A stretch of DNA of 64,000 bases from Lingula anatina. Its lineage: Eukaryota; Animalia; Brachiopoda. The notes beneath the pieces were generated by a model. The model was not told where the DNA came from, ran no database searches, and was given only the letters and a program-made list of their open reading frames with translations. The translations under genes were made by a program, and so were the position numbers. Of this stretch, positions 26,117-39,679 are shown piece by piece; positions within the stretch are counted from its first letter, which is position 1, and each line of letters opens with the position of its first letter. Location: contig CM120642.1 of the NCBI GenBank assembly GCA_051362555.1, forward strand, positions 16,306,001 to 16,370,000, given 5' to 3'.

Positions 26117-26480
26117 GATGAAATATTTTCGTGAATTCCGTCTTACAGGTCTCGTGGATTCGTGTGTGCCACAGAAGCGGGCAATGTTTTCCTTTTATCC
26201 TAATTACCATATGCGAATAAAGGCAGCCAATCAGATTGCTGATAAGCTTTACTCTCTAACCCCCGTCAAGATGAGCAAAACGTTTATGAGCCTCCTGAAA
26301 AGGAATTGAATAAATTTTAAATACAGAATATACCGAACGCGTAACAGAGATACGATATTGAGTAAATCTGATCATTTTTAGAACTTAAATGGTTTTGGAC
26401 TTTGGTCCGTCACTTGGCAGCAATGTGCTTTCATTACATCCTGGTACTTTTAATGACGTACGTACGAGTTTACACAAATA
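25540..26480 (-). promoter_or_regulatory. CpG-rich promoter/first-exon region of the PAR-bZIP gene
   Basis: CpG is locally frequent compared with the flanking intron; CCAAT at ~26227, TATA-like GATAAAAG on the - strand at ~26190-26198, CRE-like TGACGT at ~25548 and ~26454. The transcription start cannot be determined. Confidence 0.45.
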
Positions 26481-27028
26481 ATGCAATATTGTTACTTGTT
26501 GAATGCGTTTATTGCATTTCTAAGTCTATACGTTTCATGGATCAATTTGTACCATATTTGTGAAAGCGTTTGATCAATAAATTAATTCAACCATATGTTA
26601 CGGATTTGAAGTGCTTTCCTACTCGATTAAAAGATTTACTCCCGAAAAGCCTGTTTTAGATGCAGAAAAACATGTAGACCTAACGTAGCCTACTTTGTAT
26701 ATTTTTGAAGGGATGTGCATCCTACAGCATAGTCTACTATAATATACGCATTAAATTTACAAGTATAGGCTTATGGCTACCAAGAAAGTAAATTTACTTT
26801 TGATTTTTTAAAGGTCATAAAACTCTATGTAAGATGCAAAATAATGTTAATAGCATGTTAATATTTGTCAAAAAGTATAAAAGTATTTTTTTTGTTCGTG
26901 ACTTAATTTGCAGTTCATGGTAGGCCTACAATTCATTTTTTTTTCTTTTTTACAGACGAAAAAATTCTAATTCAAACGCACCAAATACATGCAGGTATCT
27001 TATGCAGGAGGGAGGGAGGGACTTCTTA

Positions 27029-30000
27029 TAGTCCATGAGCCAGACGCCTGATTTTCAGCCATTGGTACCAAAAAAGGGCCAAGTTCTCATAGTGATTTTT
27101 AGTAAGGCCTATGTCTCTAGTGTCCAAATATGTGTGATAGCCTTCTCATACTGGTAGCTTTTTGTGTGCTATCACACCTTATATAACCCCACCCCTGCAG
27201 CAGCAAGGACTTTTTCCAGATGGGGGTAGGGGAGAGAAAATGCTTATTATATCTATATGGTAACAAGTATATCAATAAATTGTATATCCTTATGGAGGCA
27301 AGGGATGGGACAATTTATTTCAAAAGTCATGAATGCATGACAATTAGTCAAGGGTCATTGATAATGGGTCAAAGGTCACAGGAGGTCATTTTTGGGGATT
27401 TTTCATAAATTAAAGCCAAAAAGTTTTTTTTAATCATTGTACAAGTAAGAATATGGTATTTGGTGAATGATTTGTAAAGATGGTATAGTCTTATGCTTGT
27501 GAGCAAAGTTTGGAGCCTCAGCTGTCTTATTTTAGAAAATTATGTAAAATAATGTGAACCTAACGGCCAAAATATGCCATCTTTGAAAGTGGGGGTAGGG
27601 GAAAGTAAATCCTTGCTGCATCAATAATGGTCAAAGATATATCAATGCATTATATATCCTTATGGAGGTAAGGGGTGGGACAATTAATTTCATAAATCAT
27701 TTATGCATGACAGTTAGTCAAGGGTCATTGATAATGGGTCAAAGGTCACAAGAGGTCATATTTTATGGATTTTTCATAAATTAAAACCAAAATCTTTTTA
27801 AAAATATTGTTTGAGAAAGAAATTGGTATTTGGTGAATGATTTGTAAACATGGTATAGTTAAACACTCATGAAAAAATTTGAAGGCTCAACTGTTTTATT
27901 TAAAAAAAAGTATATAACTAGTTAAATGTGAACCTTACTGCCATAATATGCCCTCTTTGCAAGTTGGGGTAGGGGACAGAAAATTCTTGCTACATCAATA
28001 TGGTGAAAGATATATCAATGCATTATATATCCTTGTGGAGGAAAGGGATGGGACATTTATTTTCTTAAATCATAAGTCAAGGGTCATCGATAATGGGTCA
28101 AAGGTAACAAGTGGTCAAATTTTATGGATTTTTCAAAAATTAAAACCAAATTCTTTAAAAAAAATATTGTTTGAGACAGAAATTGGTATTTGGTGGATGA
28201 ATTATAAACATGGTATAGCATCATACTTGTGTAAAAAATTGGGAGCCTCAACAGTTTTATTTTAGAAAATTATGTAACTAGTTACAGGGAACCTTATGGT
28301 CAAAATATGCCCTCTTTGAAAGTGGGGGTAGGGGAGAGAAACTGTTCATTGTTTGAAGATAGTAGAATATAGAGCAACAAAATGCACATATTTATGCAGC
28401 TTTGGACCTTAATTTATTGATTAAGACACCTGCATAGAAAGTCGTGCCTCATTAGAAAAAGGTTGAAAGGTTAGTCCAGGACAAATTATTATAAATACAA
28501 ACCTTAACACCATTTAAAGATTATTTTTTGGTTTAAATGTATTATATTTAGGGATAACTTATATCATATAATTACTTATGACTAATGTTTTAAATTTGAG
28601 ACTATATATACCCATTTTCATATATCTTATTCACATTTGGTTACTTTTCCTAAAAAATTAAAAAGCCTACATACACTGTTTATTTTGATTCAATAATCAA
28701 GGGAAATAGGTATTGTTTTTAATACTAGCATTCAGAAACATACCTTTGTCTTTTGATAATATTTCTAAAGGATTTAAAAATTTTGTATCATAATGAGATA
28801 GTCCATTGGAAAAGACAAAAATTTAAGCCTGCTTCATTCTGATCTCAGGGGGAGATAAAGGGAAACAAATTCAGGCTGGTATCCGGTATGGATAGCAGAT
28901 ATAAAAATGCATTCAGCCTCATTCTCTCTTAAACCTTAATGATTGAATCATCTCATGCCTGTAAACATGCCACCAATACCACAACAAGGGAATTTAAGTA
29001 CCATTTAGTTGAAATTAATATACTGAAAGGCTTGTATCAAAATATTGCTCAGTCCTTTCATGAAACTGAACATTTCGCAGATATTCTTCTTCTTTCTATA
29101 TTTATATTCAAGATCTGCAGATTCAGGATGGGTAGTTTGTGTTCTGAATGTATGATAGTCCTGAGAGAAAACGCAATGAAGCCCACAATAGGCTATCTCA
29201 TATTCTGCTAAAAATTCTAACTTACACCAAATTGTCAAAATTTTATTAACATGGGACATACACATTATACTCAAAATTTCTTCAGAATGGCAACATATTG
29301 ATGGCTAGGTGGCATTTAAGGTCAAACAGAAGTATGTTTATTGTCCTTTGAAATGCATCAAATTGCACATTGTCATAATTTTATTAATTATCATTGATCT
29401 TTTGAGGAGGGGGGTTGCAAATACTACACACATGTTCACTAACACACATTTACAGGATTTATGGGATGGCAGAGGAACTAAGTAATAAGTGGAAAGAAAG
29501 CAGATAATTTGTCAGCATGGACCCTGCTCCATGATATGAATTCATACATGTACACCATAGGCTGATCAAGTGGACCAAGGACCTGAGAACAAGCCCGTCC
29601 ACCCCCAACCCCCAACACAAACACACCAAGTTAAATCTGCCTCTGTTTTTTTATAAAACGAGAGAAAAATAGACTAAAGTCTGAAGATTGAAGTAGGCTT
29701 CATGGCACATGTAACATTATCATGTTGATTGTTTAAATGTGTTTTGCCAAATTTATCAATTATTTGGTTGAACATTCTAATTTAGCTATTACATGTAGTA
29801 ATTAAAAGTTATCCATCAGTTAGATAAAATGATTTAACAATGAGCCAGCCCAGTCAGTACTTGGGTACTAGTATACTGGTAATAATTATTGATATAATAA
29901 TCTTTTCTAAACTGATTTGAAATACATTCACTTTCTTACCGTGTATACTGTAACAGAAGTTTTGACGTCTAAATCTGCCAATTAAAGTTCATTTATTAGT

Positions 30001-32289
30001 TGGAAAAAAGAATGTGGAAACCAAACTGCTTGTAGCAGTTTAAGTTTCTGATAAAATTTTTTACTTTTTACTTATTTCAAATCAATGTTTTCACTTACAC
30101 AGTGAATTACATAACATGCATTGCTATTCATAACTGTTCTTTCAATTTTTACATTTTGCTTACATGGAAAACTATCCAATGTGTACACTGAATTGACAGG
30201 CACTTTTAACTGCTGGACCTCAGATACTGTCTGATGTTGAACAGCATAATTGTGAATATACACTACAGGTTGTTATATATAGTCATACAAATTTCAAAAT
30301 TTTATATGCTTTAATTTAAAAAAATTAGTTATTTTCCTAAATATGCTTTGTAAAAAACAAGTATGTATCACCATTAAATCATCCAAAAGTTTTCATCTAA
30401 ATGTTAAAATTTTCAGATATTGCTTAGATTTTTATGCTGTAAAGTGAGTGTGAGTGACCATTGGCCGACCACTGCATGGTAATATGCCCTCTTTAAAAAA
30501 GTAAACTTGATGAAGTTATATCTTTTGGATACAGGCTATGGTACAATAGTTTTGTATCTTACTTCTTCCAAATTGAATGACAGTAAAATTTCACTTCTTG
30601 ACTCTTTATAATAGAAAGTTTTCACTTCCATTTTGAATTGAAGGTATATAATATGCAAATAAATCTAAATAAATTAAAGAAGGGGCCTCAGACTCGATGA
30701 ACTAGTCTTTAATAGTCACAAAACATCTAGTTATACCCCAAAAGTATTTATATAATTGAAAATATCCTCTTTTAATGGTGTTTAAGTTCATATTTATGAA
30801 AAAGCTTTAATTGTTGCTGAAGTTTGGCCTCAACTGACACTTTTGACCTATTTTTAATGAAGCATGACTTTGTTTACATGTCTTAATCAAAATATGAAAT
30901 GTCCTTTTCCAAAGCTGCATAAATATGTGCATTTTGTTGCTGTATCTCTACTGCCTTTAAATGATGAGCACTTTCTCTCCCCTACCCCCACTTTCAAAGT
31001 TGGCAAATTTTGACTGTTAGGCTACACTCAACTAGTTACATAATTTTCTAAAATAAAACTGTTGAGGCTCCCAATTTTTTACACAAGTATGATGCTATGC
31101 CATGTAAATAAATCATTCACCAAATACCAATTTCTTTTTCAAACAATATTTTTTTTAAAGAATTTGGTTTTAATTTTTGAAAAATCCATAAAATTTGACC
31201 TCTTGTGACCTTTGACCCATTATCTATGACCCTTGAATTATTGTCATGCATAAATGATTTTAGAAATTAATTGTCCCATCCCTTTTTCTCCATAAGGATA
31301 TTTAATGCATTGTTATATCTTTCACCATATTGATGTAGCGAGCATTTTCTCTCCCCTACCCCAACTTGCAAATAGGGTATATTATGACAGTACGGTTCAC
31401 ATTTAACTAGTTACATAATATTTTTTAATAAAACAGTTGAGCCTTCAAATTTTTTTCATGAGTGTTTAACTATACCATGTTTACAAATCATTCACCAAAT
31501 ACCAATTTCTTTCTCAAACAATATTTTTAAAAAGATTTTGGTTTTAATTTATAAAAAATCCATAAAATATGACCTCTTGTGACCTTTGACCCATTATTTA
31601 TGACCCTTGACTAACTGTCATGCATAAATGATTTATGAAATTAATTGTCCCATCTCTTACCTCCATAAGGATATATAATGCATTGATATATCTTTGACCA
31701 TTATTGATGTAGTAAGGATTTACTTTCCCCTACCCCCACTTTCAAAGATGGCATATTTTGGCCGTTAGGTTCACATTATTTTACATAATTTTCTAAAATA
31801 AGACAGCTGAGGCTCCAAACTTTGCTCACAAGCATAAGACTATACCATCTTTACAAATCATTCACCAAATACCATATTCTTACTTGTACAATGATTAAAA
31901 AAAACTTTTTGGCTTTAATTTATGAAAAATCCCCAAAAATGACCTCCTGTGACCTTTGACCCATTATCAATGACCCTTGACTAATTGTCATGCATTCATG
32001 ACTTTTGAAATAAATTGTCTCATCCCTTGCCTCCATAAGGATATACAATTTATTGATATACCTGTTACCATATAGATATAGTAAGCATTTTCTCTCCCCT
32101 ACCCCCATCTGGAAAAAGTCCTTGCTGCTGCAGGGATGGGGTTATATAAGGTGTGATAGCACACAAAAAGCTACCAGTATGAGAAGGCTATCACACATAT
32201 TTGGACACTAGAGACAAAGGCCTTACTAAAAATCACTATGAGAACTTGGCCCTTTTTTGGTACCAAAAAAGTGTCTGGCTCATGGACTA
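27029..32289. mobile_element. 5.26-kb foldback DNA transposon with ~1.5-kb inverted arms (Academ-like ends), non-autonomous
   Basis: TTA|TAGTCCATGAGCCAGAC ... GTCTGGCTCATGGACTA|TTA. Arms ~27029-28565 and ~30725-32289 are reverse complements (near-identical ORFs at 27220+ and 31920-); each contains ~360-375-bp tandem subrepeats starting GGGGTAGGGGA. Confidence 0.9.
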
Positions 32290-32525
32290 TTAAGGACAGC
32301 TTTGGCATGGACGCAACGGGTGAGTGGGTGGCTGCGGCCTAATTCAGTTACTAGGCCTACTGTACTGGGAATTAGTGCCTGAATTACATAATGATATGTA
32401 CCCGGTAGTCCCTAGGCCTACTGATGCTCTAAAATATATATATCATTTATTACCAATGAGTCTTGCATTTGTGCATTTTGTTTGAAATGATGTTATAAGC
32501 ACTTATTAATACAGGGGCAGATTAA

Positions 32526-32862
32526 AGGGATAATAACTCTTCATTTCAGCCAAAAAAATGAATTTTCCTAGAGTAAACAACAATTTTCCCATACTTACCA
32601 ATGGTTAATGAATCTATTTTTACATTCAAAGTTAGTCCCTGGTTTTTTCTAAAAAGATTGTTTTTTTCTTAAAATCTCTTAAGAGATTTTAACAGAGTAT
32701 AGCCATCAATGGAGGTCACATGGTCTAAACACAAGCTCAAATATCAGAAAAATAGCTATAACTGCCGTTTTTGTGGTAAAACAGAATATATTTTATTTCT
32801 ATGAGTCATTCACAATGTTTTTATTGTAAAATATAGATCTCATACGAAGAGTTATTATCCCT
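32526..32862. mobile_element. Kolobok-like MITE (TTAA TSD), copy 2
   Basis: TTAA|AGGGATAATAACTCTTC ... GAAGAGTTATTATCCCT|TTAA. Confidence 0.8.
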
Positions 32863-34813
32863 TTAAGGTTTATTTGAAGCGAGGGTCAGCGGATCCAAAG
32901 CCAACCCTCCCCCCCCCCCTTCCTTGGCATGGTATTTTAGTATTTTATAGGGAGAACGTAGCCGTTTGGTACGGTTTAGAACTAGGATTCATGATTCAGC
33001 TAGTCAAAATTCTAATTTCAAGAGGGGACCATTGGTACGTTTTTTTCAGAAATCGAGGGGGGGGGGGGGGGCGGGGCAGGTCCACCCATGGCAGCAACCC
33101 CCCCCCCCCATGTTACCTGTGGCAAAGTACAAATCATGCCAAAGTTAAGAAGTCTGCAGATGAAATACATTTAGAATGAAAACAACAGTTTTAGTTTGTT
33201 TAGCAGTTTTCTTTCAAAACATCTTGATATAAACAAATTTCGAAATTACTAGAAACTCTATCTAAAAATAACTATGTATAACTAGTTCCACAATAAAAAA
33301 TTGTCATCAACATATGGTATCTTCTAATTTATGTCATATCTCGCAAATATGTCCTTTGCACTTCAAAACTCATTTTGATGTTCTTTTTTAAAATAATTAT
33401 GAATAAGGTTTCATTTTTTTAGGATTGCAGTTATCAGTAGAATATACACGTCTTTCTGTAACATACTCCTTTGTATACTGTACATATTTTGACAGGGCAT
33501 ATGCATTACCTCTGTTTAATTCGTCACACTGCAGTGAATGGCAAGGCACATGTTTGGCTTTTGCTGATAAATTTTTCAATTTGTGTAGGCATAATAAGGC
33601 CTAGTATTGTTCAAGGAACCAAAGGAAAACCTCAAGGACCATAACATTGACTGTAGCATTTTCCTTCGGATATTAACATCTTGTTTAGCAAAGGACAAAG
33701 AGGAAAAGACGGGTTATAAAATTCATTGTAGATAAAAATAATAAAATAATGCTTGGTTTCTTGATGCAATAAGTTTATTGTTACTGATAACATCCTGATG
33801 TGGTTTCAAGAAAAAATCAATAGTTGGTGAGTGTATTTCAAAATTCAAAGTTATTTCTTAAACAGAATATTACATAATAAAAAGTATGAAGACAAACACT
33901 CTTAAAATACTTCATCAGGATTTTACTCATTTTTTTTAAACAAGAAAATACTATCTTCTTCAAAATCTTTTCAAATCCAAACATAACGTAATAGCTCCAA
34001 CACGTGATGTTCTCTATTCAGGAAATAACAAGGGCCCGTTCCCAATGAAACCATAGTTCTACGTGGAGTGATCCAACTCCGTGGGGACTTGCTGAAAGCA
34101 ATCAGATCAACACGCCTCAACATACTAGTGTAATCACCAGATTTTCAGTAAGCTGATTGCATTTAGTAGGAGTCCCCGTAGATATATGAGTCCACATCTA
34201 AATCAATACCGTTTCACACTTCCATTAACTAAACTTTTGAACACAATGTAAGAAAGTTCAAAACCCATTATCAGATATTTTCTTCAAAATGTGTCCAACT
34301 GAAATTCACAAATTTATTAATTGTAGATGATGCAAAATGCAAAAAATATATGATAAAATTAAAACAAACAACAATTTTAATAGCAAGTTAAAACTTATTA
34401 CAAAGTATGCAAATTATAATCACATAAATACATCAGAGAATGAAACAAGGCCACAGCTAAGGCAGGAAGATGGGGATGCAATCATGTTTTTAAAATCAAG
34501 ACTTAAATATTTACATTTATCATAAAAATCAATCCACCTGCTTTCATGCACTGCTGTATCTATAAATACTTTTCATCCAGTAGCCTTGGAAATTATGGAA
34601 GCCAGGTAAAAAGTAAAACAAGTTTGTCTGCCTTACCACTAACTCCAGCTATTCACCTAACAATGTACAATTATGACATGAACCAGATTCAGGCAGATTT
34701 GGTGAGATGATAACTGTATTCAAATACAATTAATTCACAAAACACCTTGCTGCATAAGTTTGAGCTGGAGATTGTCATATATATATATAACAATGGATAA
34801 AATAGACTGTATT

Positions 34814-34845
<32 letters not shown>

Positions 34846-34876
34846 CAGTTTATATAATAAAAAAAATAACCTTAAA

Positions 34877-35142
34877 GGGCACATTCAGAACAGATAATCC
34901 ATGGACTAACTGATCAGCCAACTAAATATGGTTGACTCCACTTTAAAAGCAAGCCACTTAATTCCCTGATGGTCTCCCTGTCTCCACACACCCCACTAAA
35001 TGGATTACATCTTGAATCCCAGGTTTAATTGCTAGGCCCCTGCAGCATGTGGAGGCGGGGAGACCATCAAGGGACTAGGGGCTTTGCTTTTAAGTGGGTC
35101 GGCCATGTTCAGTCCGTGAATCATCTTGTTCTGAGTGCACCC
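34877..35142. mobile_element. PIF/Harbinger-like MITE abutting the STXBP4 stop codon
   Basis: GGGCACATTCAGAAC ... GTTCTGAGTGCACCC|TAA; internally palindromic; same family as the copies at 35298, 35963 and 48835. Confidence 0.75.
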
Positions 35143-38100
35143 TAAGTCCTCGTCTCTTTTATATGACTTGCGGTGCCAGCTTCATCCTTTGGGAGGTGCT
35201 GCACATTGGAGACTGGGTGGGTCCAGGATGTGGTCTGGGTTACATGACTGGGGAAAAAAAGTAAAAAAAAAAAAAAATCCAATAAAGGACTGATTTAGGC
35301 CACATTCAGAACAGCAGACTAACAGATCTACATATAAAATATGGCGAGCCATTCAAAAAGCTGCGGTTTCATTCCAGATTTAACACTAAATATATTCCCC
35401 ACGGGGTTGGCCATATTTGATCTGAGCATCTGTTAGTCCACTGTTCTACATGCGACCTTAAAAAGACTACTAGGTATTTTATTTTACAAATTCCTATTTT
35501 TGGTCACAAGCACACACCATTCATATTTGAATTAAATTAAATGAATAATTAAGAAAAATAAAAAGAAGCACATGCCCAATTCTTAGATGCATCCCAACAT
35601 CAACTTTGAACAAAAGGAATATTTCAAAATGTTGGTTCCTGATATAGGTACTTACTTGATGTAATACTTGGTGCCGTCAGCTGTGAAAGCCTCTTCCCAA
35701 CCAAATGGCAATGCTAGAAGATGAAAAATTATCTAGACACGAAAAAATACATTTAATATTTTTATATACCTAGCATTGGAGTAATAATGCTTCCTGAAAA
35801 AATCAAAACTTCATAAATTGCAGAAATTATGGCAAAAATGGATAATACCAACCAAAAGTTGTCACTGATCTACACAAATAAAAGTTTCACATAGCTTAAT
35901 GATTATTTAAGGTTAGTATAATCCGGTTTTAAAGATTAAAATCTTTTACACTAGTACTGTAAGAGCGCATTCTGAACAGCAGACAAACAGATCTGCAGAT
36001 CAAATATGGCCACCCACTGATAAGCTTGCCGCTTAATTCCTATAGACACTGAATAGATACCTCGCAGGGATTACACAACAAGCATTCGAGTGGGTCAGCC
36101 ATATTTGATCCGCAGGAAGTTTATTAGTCCCAGGTTCTGAATGCACTCCCCCAGTGCATATATTCAGTACTATGTACTGAGTACATAGTGCATATATTCA
36201 GTACATAGTACTGAGTACATAGTGCATATATTCAGTACTATGTACTCAGGCCCAATGGCACAATTGCTAATATTAGGGTAAGAGTAAATCTATTTTTTTT
36301 TTCTTTTGCATTTCCAGTGCTGAACCCAGAGTTGATACTTATTAAAAAAAAGTGGAAATGAAACCAAATGAAAAATTGGATGAAAATTTTTAATTTTAAA
36401 TTGAATCGAATCTGTAATTTCTGTCTAAATTGGAACAGAAAGGAGGCTGAAAATGGTTGATGAATATGTTTGCATGAAACTGGCACCCTTTTTTTAAATT
36501 TTATTATAATTATTATTATTTTGTATTTAGAATGTTCTGTTGTTTGTTTTCTTTGGCACACAACGTAATCATTTATTATTTAAATTGAAAAGCAGATAAG
36601 ACTGTAATAACCATCCAACCTGTTTCCTTGTATTCCCATTAACCTGACACAAAAACACATGTACCATATCACATGTTAATGACAATGAGAAGCAATATAA
36701 TAAATATTAATCTTACCAGTGGAATATTAAAACGTGAAATGTTTCACGCGTCTATAACAAGGATTAAAATACTTTTTTAAACATGCAGAATCTGTAGGGC
36801 TTTGTGTACCCTTTAATCATATAAAATGCAGTACTGTGCAGTTTGATACTTATGGGTAAGCCTACAGTTTAATTTTTTCCAGTTAAATTTAAATTTCTAA
36901 TCAGTTCAAGGACAAACTAATAATTGCAAATGTCATACCGCATTATTCATTTTTAACTGGAATAATAAATTGTCTTATTCAATTTGTCAGAATAAATCAA
37001 TAAATAACTGTTAACATAGTTGCAATACAGTTAGTAAGTAATCAAACACGCACACACACAAGCTTAAAGAGGAAAAAATCTTACGTTCTACTTCAACAAT
37101 GGCTTTAACAGCTCTGACAACTTCCTTGGCTTCTTTTCCCAATGTTTGAGGGGTGTGCTTCTTGTGCCTTGCCAAAAATCCAGGGGGCTTACTTCCTCTA
37201 GCCTGCTCCCCCTTGCTGGACTCAGATCTGAAATACAATTCCTGTTAGCACCACTGGGCCATTCAGATTGTATGGATAGTAACTATATAATTACCATGGA
37301 ATATGATCTTATAGTGGGTTTGTTAGCTGGTGAAATTTTAACCTGAATGGACATTTTCCTGACAAAAAGGGCAGTTCTTTTGAACTGCTCGACCCCCCCC
37401 CCCCCTCCACCCCACCTACGGGCTTGTTTATGAAATAATGACGGCTGTAAACAAGGTCCTACCTTATATGTATGCCATCTCCACTTGTCAATGTCTCATG
37501 CACAGTCTGAGAGAAAAAATAAAACAATTAAATAAATATAAAGAAAAAATAAACAAGTAATAAACAAGTCATATTATCACTATGTGTTACTTGATCCTAA
37601 CTATATCAAGAAAAAGTGTAAGGCTGTTAAGCTGAAATTTTCACATAATTTAAGTATTCAAACAACTTAATAAAAAACAGGCAGCAAAGCCTGCAAATAT
37701 ACAGACAGCACAGAAGAAAAAATGCAAAAATGTATGAAAAAATAATCAAATTTCCTATAAAAATCCAAGAAGCCAATTTTCTAACTGAACAATCATGTCT
37801 TTTTAATCAAATTAAGCTCCCATGAAAGCTTAGAAAGAGAAAAGTATCATTTGATAAATACTTTATTTATTAGAATTTTGAAATCTCACATAAAAAACAA
37901 CACTGTCATAATTTGTTGAAGTCTAGGATCACATTAATACGTACATCACCAACTTATATATTGTATAATTATTATATAATTTATAAATGTCATTAAATGT
38001 TTGAGCAAAACTAAGTATCTTTAAAAAGTGTTAAAGAAATAACAACTTAAGTGCCAGTTTTTTTAAGCACCAGACAAGTGCGGCAAGGTGGGGGTTCACA

Positions 38101-39648
38101 GAATTTGACCTTATTGGGCTGAAATACTTGCCTGAGGACCCTTTTAACTTCTGCCAAATGTTATGCCATAAAACTGTATTTCAGGGGATTTATGCCCAAT
38201 TTTCTGTTTTTCCAGCTTTCGAAGCATATTTTCAGTTATCATACACGTCACTCATATATATGCTTATTATACTCTTATCTAGTAATATATTTACTATGTT
38301 TATGTATGATGTATTTTGTTGATCAATATTCTTCCCCCCAAGACATTCAAACTAAAAATATAACCCACCTTGTCCACACTGTACCCACTTTTTTTACCCC
38401 ACCCCCCAAAACTAAGTTTACGCATGGCGATTTTCAGAGGGTCATATACCCACTAGTAGAGGCCCTATGGCTGTCAAACCTGTATGGGTTTGTAAAGGAA
38501 CATTAAAAATATAAAGTACAAAGGAGATCCTCGTGGCCTTTTCTTTTGTTGGCGATATATTTTAATATTTAAATATCCGAAAATTGTAAAATTTGGATGG
38601 GTGTTGCTCTTGTCTTGGCCAGTAATACCTGCTCAATTACTCTAATCACGGCAGAATTGAACAATAGACTTTACAAGAATAGGCAATTGCCCTATAACAG
38701 AGCCTACCTTTGGGATTTAAACCGTCATATTCATATTTTGATGACTTGTGATAGAAATTTATGTAGCTTTGGTCAAGACATAAACCCTTTTCAACCTGCT
38801 ACTTGGCCTCAAGTTTTTACCCTTTGCTCAATAGCTTCCATCTGGATTGTACACCTGGGAATGGTATTCCCTGTAACACTATAGCTTACAAATTTAATTA
38901 AAAATATTTTTAGCCTAATAAATTTAATTATTCAGAAAATAAAACGACAAAAAAACCCACATTTTTCTTACATTTAATCATATAAAGAAAACTGTATTCC
39001 TTCAACATTTCTTTTGATCTACTACTTCAACAATTATTGGACACAAGTGGGCACCAATCACACACACAGCTTTTAATCAATCAACAATGTTTCATAATGC
39101 ATAATCATCTCTTTATTGGATCTTTAAAGTTTAAGTATAAATAAGCAAATTATTTGGAAGTGTAGCAAACAATTCAAATCTTCATACTGGAAAATATTTA
39201 TTACCAATAACTTAATAAATGGGTGGAAGGCATTGTAACTGCCATTCAAGACTACTCCTGTCACCCTTAACTGAATAAGACACCGACAAAGTTTTGACTC
39301 AAGATTTAAGTGAATGTTTCAAAAAAAAAGTAAGGTTGATTTTCATTCTACAAAAACATCAAAGTAATGTAAATCTATATTATCCAACTGAATCCCCTTC
39401 CTGAGAAGAATGAAGAAATAAGTTGAACTTCTGTAACAGTGTAATTCATGGATTATTTTGCACTACTCAGGACCAGGAACATATTGCTGCTTCTAAATAT
39501 TTAAGTCAAACTGATCTTTTGCTCCTAGGAATAAAAATATGATATTCCATATCAATATCTCAGTAAGATCTTATCCCATTGAAAGGTGGCATTCACGGAT
39601 ATCTTCAGTAAAATGAAACAGAAAAAAGCAGACATGATCCTAGGTTTC

Positions 39649-39679
<31 letters not shown>

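Noticed and set aside
27220-32108. Near-identical 62-aa ORFs on opposite strands, and ORF 27948-28265
   Set aside because: They are by-products of the inverted arms; frames are not conserved between subrepeats.
15740-32400. D-box-like TTA(C/T)(A/G)TAA sites suggesting PAR-bZIP autoregulation (e.g. ~20772, ~23542)
   Set aside because: This AT-rich 8-mer is expected several times by chance in 64 kb, and several hits lie within repeats; no enrichment can be shown by eye.
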